Below the pieces are notes generated by a model. That model searched no databases, was not told where the DNA came from, and saw only the letters and a program-made list of their open reading frames with translations. From Octopus vulgaris (lineage: Eukaryota), in NCBI GenBank assembly GCA_951406725.2, contig OX597822.1:85498001-85562000 (forward strand): a stretch of 64,000 nucleotides of DNA, written 5' to 3'. The first letter of the stretch is position 1. Every line of letters begins with the position of its first letter. Of this stretch, positions 55,696 through 64,000 are shown piece by piece. The translations under genes and the position numbers were made by a program.

Positions 55696-57385
55696 TAATA
55701 AAAATAGATACAGTTAAGTTAGTACCAAGTCCATCCTTTCAAGATCGAAATAACTATGAGTTAAGAAATGCTGACCACTAGGTAAAGAAAATTTAGATTA
55801 ATTCGATTGGCTATTGGTTTGAAATTTAAATCACAAAAGAAAATTATACGGTTGGTTAGTCAGGGAACGCCAATATTCACACACGCATCTACAGATCAAT
55901 CGCACATACACACATAGTTATATGTATATACATACACTTATACACATACATAATCACAAGCAACAACTAGCACTTAGATAAACAAAAAGGGAAGCAACTA
56001 TGCTACCATTTAGTCCTTCAAAATTATAACTGTGCCTCAATAACAAAAAAAGAACTATCCATGCATTCCATAAAATATTTAATTTAGATATAAATATATT
56101 TTTAAATATCAGTATGTTACTAGGTCAGATAATTATTTCATGGGTAACTTAAAATTTATAACACCGGTTTGTTGCAGAGTAAACATACGGTTGTTAGATT
56201 TATCGTAAGTTTGTTATGATTTTAAGTACTCTAAATTATAAAATATAAAATATAAAATATATATTAATTTAAATTAATTTAAATATTATAAATAAGTCAC
56301 TTATTAACTTAATAAATATAGTGCCATAATATACCAGTTTAGGCATTAAAGAATAGAAGGGGAAGTATTAATGTAAACGCTTATGAGAACATCACAGAAA
56401 TTTTAAATAAATTTTATATTATAAAGACTTAAGATGAAAAGAGATAAAATAAATAAGAAGGAATAAATACGAAGGAATAAATACGGTTATACACATAATT
56501 ATAAGTACAAACCAGTATATATGTATTCATATATTATTAAAATTAAATAAAAATAAATGATAGATATGTATGTATAAAACTACCCCAGTATAAGTAAATA
56601 AGTAAAAAATAAATAGGTAACAAATTAGATGACTTGATATGTATGTAAACATCTACACTTAAATAGGCAAATAAATAAATAAATAGAAGACTAGATGCAA
56701 AGATTGATAATATTACAATAAAATGGAAAATAAATAAAAAATAAATAAAGTGAATATATATGTTATATTGTTGAAAGTAAATATGTATGGAAGGATAGTT
56801 TAAAGTACAGATCCAGAGGACTATAGATATAAACTAAATATATGAGGCTGGTAATAATTATAAAGCAAAATGCATGTAAATGAGAAAATGAAAAAAATGA
56901 AAAAGGTTTATCAGTGAATAGCATAAGATACAAATTAAGGTGAGTACAAAAAGACCAAATATACAATAAAAACCTTCCAAATAAAACACATACAAAAAAC
57001 CTATAATCTCAACCTAAACCCACCAAACTCACAAAAGGCTCTCATATATTACATATTATACAATATCATTACATTATCCAGAGCTAGGTATCTAACCAAG
57101 ATATATATATATACTATGCAATATACTATGCAATATTGGAAAACTTCAAAAATCACACATTACAAGGCAAATACCAAAATGAATATGTTATTTTATGTCA
57201 TATTGCATTTCTCTTAAAAAACAAACAAAAACCCACATACAAAAAACAAGAAACCAATAATACTAGACACATCCATTAATTATTATACAAATGTAGCTAT
57301 AAAAATTATAAAATTATAAAATTTATAAATTGTATACTTTAGAATTATAGAAGACCACAGGTATATTTAGTTAAAGAAGGGAATT

Positions 57386-58006
<621 letters not shown>

Positions 58007-58624
58007 TGTGTGTCTGTGTCTGTGTGTATGTGTGTATGTATGTGTGTGTGTGTGCGTGCGTGTGTGTGTATGTTTGTATTTGTGTGTGTGTGTGTGTGGC
58101 CACCCGCTAGACAGTCGGCGTTGATGTGTTTACGTCTCCGCAACTTCGCGGTTCGGCAAAAGAGACCGATAGAATAAGCACCAGTCTTTAAAAAAATACT
58201 GGGATCGATCCATTCGATTAAAATTCTTCAAGGTGATTAATAAAACGATTAAACAAGTAAAAGTTTAAAAGAGAGAGAGAGATTAGGGTGTTTAATGTAG
58301 TCCTAAATGTATAAAAGGTGAGCAATGGTCGTACGTTATCTTCACTGAGGCTGACTTCGAGCTCAACCACCAACAACAATATCAACAACATAGTGTTGCT
58401 TCGCTTTTCTTTGGGTTGCGAGGCTCGGGGACGCCATCATAACATAAGGCATGTCTTGAGCCGTTCAACCTCTTCACACCTCTTCACGTCTGACTGAAGT
58501 TGATATCTTTCAGAAAGAAAGAGAGAAATCGATTCCAGAATTAAAATTGATGCTTTGTTTGAAGACCTCTTAAGGTAGGATTTGAACACAGAACGCAAAG
58601 GATCGGAGTAAATATTACATGACA

Positions 58625-58987
58625 TTCTATCTATTTCTTTACTACCCACATGGGGCTAAACACAGAGGGGTTCTTAATTTATCGACCCCGAAAGGATGAA
58701 AGGCAAAGTCAACCTCGCCGGAATTTGAACTCAGAGCGTAGCGGCAGACGAAATACCTATTTCTTTACTACCCACAAGGGGCTAAACACAGATAGGACAA
58801 ACAAGGACAGACAAACGGATTAAGTCGATTATATCGACCCCAGTGCGTAACTGGTACGTAATTTATCGTCCCCGAAAGGATGAAAGGCAAAGTCGAATCG
58901 GCGGAATTTGAACTCAGAACGTAACGGCAGACGAAATACCGCTATGCATTTCGCCGGCGTGCTAACGGTTCTGCCAGCTCGCCACCT
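58625..58987 (-). mobile_element. Dimeric SINE family A
   Basis: A full unit plus a second unit joined at gtaaagaaataggtatttcgtctgccg; an older monomer lies at 59160-59365. Confidence 0.85.
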
Positions 58988-59427
58988 TAATTTTCTTCTC
59001 TTCTACCTCTATCTGACATCCTAACGACTCGACCAAATAACAACTACAACACCAACAGCATTACAATCACTGCTAACACAGCCCATATTCATAGCAACAA
59101 CAATATCACATCCAGCAGCACCATATTTACAACTTCAACAACAATAATCCTTTCTACAATAAGAAGAAGGCCTGAAATTTGGTGGGAATGGGGGTCAGTC
59201 GATTACCTCGACCCCAGTACACAACTGCTATTTAATTATCGGCCCCGAAAGAATGAAAGGTAAAGTCGACCTCGGAGGAATTTGAACTCAGAACGTAAAG
59301 ACAGACGAAATACTGCCAAGTATTTCGTCCAACGTGGTAGCGATTCTGCTAGCTCACCGCCTTAATAATGATAATTATTATCATTATTATCATTTTGGTT
59401 ATTATTATTATTAATATTATTATTATG

Positions 59428-59952
59428 TGAGAGAGCAGTGCATGCCATCAAAGTGACACTGGGGTAAAATATACGAAGCCCAGTATAACTATCATGACTA
59501 CCCGTCTGATAAGGTTACACCAGGCACATGCATCACAACCATATGTGCGCGACATGGTGATCTCATAACAAGATAAACAGCGCATGACCTTGCGTGTGGG
59601 GCCCAGTTAGAATTTTCTTCTGGTTGGGTAACCCATCCCACTCAAAAGGTCCCTGATTAAGGGTTGTTTAAGGATGTTGAATGAAACACCCATGTTTCCA
59701 GAGGTGAATTATTCAAACCCCAAAGAATCCCTCTCAACACATGGCTATGATTCTCCCCCACTACTTCTACTCGTGATCAGAGATACACATATCGTCAGCC
59801 ACTAAGGGACATGCTCAACTGGTTAAGGTCAAACAACTGACAAGCAAATCTGTGGTATTGAGCAGAATATTTGCTGTAGCCCATCATTTATACCAAGACA
59901 AAACAATGTACATGATAACACTTCCAGTCAGTTAAGATCAGAAGCCATGAGA
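59428..59952. other. Unclassified ~525-bp complex block between (TTA)n tracts
   Basis: Sharp boundaries with TTA repeats on both sides; no ORF. Confidence 0.45.
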
Positions 59953-60015
<63 letters not shown>

Positions 60016-60389
60016 GTTATTATTATTATTATTATCATCATCATCATCATTATTATTAAACATTATTTACACCCTCCCCACCAAACTTCTGGCTTTGTTA
60101 CTGTGGTGGAAAGGTTATTACAAGTGACAGCAATTATATCGTTAATGAACAAAGGGAAAAGTGTTGGAATCGAAAACCTGAGGGTTTATCAAAGTTGCCA
60201 GGATCTGAACACTGGTCCTGACAATACACGCTGCAACGGTATGGTGACAGGGATCTTCCAGTCTAAGAGATGAGAGAGACAAATGAAGCCCGTGTGCGAG
60301 TCATTTAGTTAGAATGTTGTTGTCTTCTTCTTCTTCTTCTTCTTCTTCTTCTTCTTCTTCTTCTTCTTCTTCTTCTTCTTCTTCTTCCA

Positions 60390-60869
60390 ATCAGGACTCA
60401 CGCCATTAGCCACAACGAATAATCTCTAATTCGAGCCTACTCTAAGATACTAACAATGCGTGTGGCAACTTGAAGATCTACCTACCACACGCGATAGACT
60501 GGTTATTGCACGGGCGCGAAAGCTACGTTGTGTCATCCTCATTCCGTAAACGGTGGATTTTAACGGGTGGAGAGCTGAACCATCCTGGGGTACAGAGGAT
60601 TCGCAATCTAGACTAGGGTCTGAAAGTTTACCACACCAAAGTGGGTTACACCATGGTTCCTCTGCTTTGAGGCAGAAGTAGGAAGGAAGAGTGAGAGAAA
60701 GTTGTGGGGAAAGAGTACAGCGGGGTTCACCACCAACCCCCTCCGGAGCCTCGAGGAGCTTAGGTGTCTTTTGCTCAATAAACACTCACAAAGCCTGGTC
60801 TGAGAATCGAAACCGCGTTCTTACGACCGCGAGTCCGCTGCCCTAACCACTGGGCCATTGCGCCTCCAC
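60390..60869 (-). mobile_element. SINE family C head with a different 3' module and (GAA)n tail
   Basis: 60675-60869 is homologous to 9765-9945; 60390-60670 is unrelated to 9600-9760. Confidence 0.65.
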
Positions 60870-61145
60870 GGATGTTGTTGTTCGCATAGGGGGCTGGAAT
60901 GCTTGACTTATGTCACAGGCGACAACATTATTTCAGCTAAGTTGAGAGGAAAAAGAAAACATTGAATAATGAATATGCATGAGCACCAAGTGTAATACGT
61001 CATACAAGAGGAGAAGGAAGAGGCTCTTAAAAGTATTTCCACTTTCTTTAACATGTTTGAAATGACAGCGAAATATCGATTCTTGACTAAAGTTCACCCA
61101 ACGGAAAGATGGAATGACACTGTCGCGAGTTTTCAAAGAAAGAAA

Positions 61146-61577
61146 GGATCTTTTCGGTTTAAACGGCAGTTTTTCTAGCGGTGTCATATGAAATTGTCAC
61201 CCATAATTATGACCCTAGTATCGATCTATTGCATTTCAATCTCTTTTAGGGTTTGGGTTAGTTAGGGTTAGGGTTAGGGGTGGGGGAAGGGTATCTTTTT
61301 TTTCTTCACAAATGTAAATAAACCCAATCTGTTTCTTAAACGAGGGACATATTTATACGGCACAGAATGTTTTTTAACTCAATGGACGTATCTGATTGGT
61401 TGAAATTGCAAAAATTGAAGAAAAAAACCACAAATATCTTACAAACTATAGAATTTTCTCAATAAAGCCAAGAGAAAAAGATGTTTTATAAACACATTCT
61501 ACCAGTATACGAAGTTTAAAATTTTTTAGTTACCTAGAAATTATTGTTAAAAACTGCCGTTCAAACCGAAAAGATCC
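61146..61577. mobile_element. 432-bp MITE with 29-bp TIRs, 8-bp TSD and internal TTAGGG repeats
   Basis: ggatcttttcggtttaaacggcagttttt pairs with aaaaactgccgttcaaaccgaaaagatcc (28/29). TSD gaaagaaa at 61138-61145 and 61578-61585. Confidence 0.9.
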
Positions 61578-62164
61578 GAAAGAAATAGAAACATGAAGAG
61601 AGAAAAAGATTGAAGTGTTTTGATGACAAAAAAAAAAAAAACTGTGACATATCGCGTTGAATCAAAAGGTTTGCAATATATGGTTAACTTTTTTGCTTTA
61701 TTCATCAAATTGCAACAAAACGAGGCTAGCATTCGAAGTGGAGGCAACCGCGTTGCAGCGTCTACCAAATCCACTCACAAGGAATTGGTCGGCCCGAGGC
61801 TATAGCAGAAGACACTTGCCCAAGATGCCACGCAGTGGAACTGAACCCGGAACCATGTGGTTGGTTAGCAAGCTACTTACCACACACCCACTCCTGCGCC
61901 ATGTTCGTCATATTTTCTAATTTCTATATCTATTATCTAAGAACACAAACAAGGTTTAAAATTCGTTACAGCTCTTTCGGTAGAATTTTATTAATGTATG
62001 CACAGATTGTATCATAGCTTAAATCCACCATCTTCATGTAAACTTTGAAGCAAGAATAGACAGGTGAGGTAAATGATGAAAAACAGAAGGACACATTTGA
62101 TAATCTAAACACCTAGCTAGCTAGTTACATATCTATACGTCTATCTACATCTATATAAGCTTCT

Positions 62165-62234
<70 letters not shown>

Positions 62235-62246
62235 ACTCTATCTATA

Positions 62247-62292
<46 letters not shown>

Positions 62293-62713
62293 CCCCCTCT
62301 CTGTCTCTGTATTACTGTGTGTATGCACGCCTTATCTCACTACTCCACCTCCACTCGTGTCACCCCCTTCCTCTCTGTTTAAGTGGTTCTTCAGTTGAGA
62401 CCCAATCCAGCGTGTGATGTGTCAACCTTCGACAGGGGACGCCGCCATTAATTGTAGTCTTTGATACGCGGACATTTCTACATAATACGACCTCATTCAG
62501 CTGGAGTTGCACTGGAAAATGCTTGGTAGAGAAGGGTAGATTGAGAGAGACAGAGACATAGAGGAAAAGACAGAGACAGACAGACATACAGACAGAGAGA
62601 AAGGGATTGAAAAGGAGAAAGAAGAAAAGGATAGAGAGGAATAACATAACTCACACACAGGTGAATGTTGTGCATGTGTGGACATGTGTGTAGGTGTGTG
62701 TGTATAGTGTGTG

Positions 62714-63105
<392 letters not shown>

Positions 63106-63592
63106 TACGCATGCGTTTGTTGCTGCCTATATCAATACAAATATTCAAACAGTTAAAAAGTTCGCTTGATAAACACAAGATTTCGGGTTCGACTAACGGT
63201 GTGACATCTTACATAAATACCATTCATCATAGCCTTGGATCGACCCATGCTTTATGAGTGAAATTCGGTAGTGAAAACTTAGCGGAAGCCCGCAGAATTG
63301 GTTTATACCTGCAATTCAAATGCAGAGACAGTCATGGACTGTGTGAGTTTGAATCCGTTTGAAGATCATGGTGAGTCTAAACAAATATACGGAATACTCA
63401 ACAACATATACGCTAATTCAACGAGGCAGAGACCTGAATGGCTTCAACAACTGACACTCAGCGTCGAAATCTACGAAAATCCTCTTGGGGCCATTTTTTC
63501 CTTTTCTGTCTACCTATATATGTCTATCTGTGTCTGTTTATAGATATCTGCACACGCATACATGTATACACACACACACACACGCACGCACG

Positions 63593-63665
<73 letters not shown>

Positions 63666-64000
63666 TAACTTAAACAAATAACAGCAGATGGATATTGGTT
63701 CATTCACTACAGCTGTTTCAAACGAGTTGTTTTTTTATTGATGACTAAAGTTATTAGATCACGCGAAAAAAGAAACCCGTTTTCATCAAGTGAATATACA
63801 CGAATTAAAGTGAATATACAAGAATCAACATTATGTGCGTTTTACGTATCATGAAGCAAGCCATTTCATGTTTCCTGGCTGACTTCAGCCAAAGAATGAT
63901 TCGCTCACACTTGTTAGTAGTTTATACAGCAAAATCATTAGGGTGACGGGAGCAGGGAGGGAGGTGAGGAGCAGTTGTAGTGGGAGGAAGAATACAGAAC

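Overview
Eukaryotic, AT-rich, extremely microsatellite-dense intergenic or intronic DNA with no recognisable host protein-coding exon; most ORFs in the track are translations of simple repeats. The repeat landscape looks like an invertebrate, probably cephalopod (Octopus-like) genome; this is inference only. The window holds several transposon groups. (1) LINEs: CR1, RTE and restriction-endonuclease (R4/Dong-like) fragments. (2) A Helitron with both termini and a frameshifted Rep/Pif1 gene. (3) A Penelope-like element (PLE) RT-thumb/GIY-YIG fragment nested in that Helitron. (4) DNA transposons: an hAT with TIRs and an 8-bp TSD, maT and mariner relics, and four MITEs. (5) At least four tRNA-derived SINE families. 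The most striking unannotated signal is a set of more than 10 minimal type I hammerhead ribozyme motifs from several unrelated sequence families. Almost all abut (TA)n tracts and many lie in near-perfect inverted repeats, as expected for PLE pseudo-LTRs. One family fuses a tRNA-derived Pol III head to a hammerhead-bearing tail and occurs as a head-to-head dimer (43425-44036), a candidate PLE-mobilised SINE or retrozyme.
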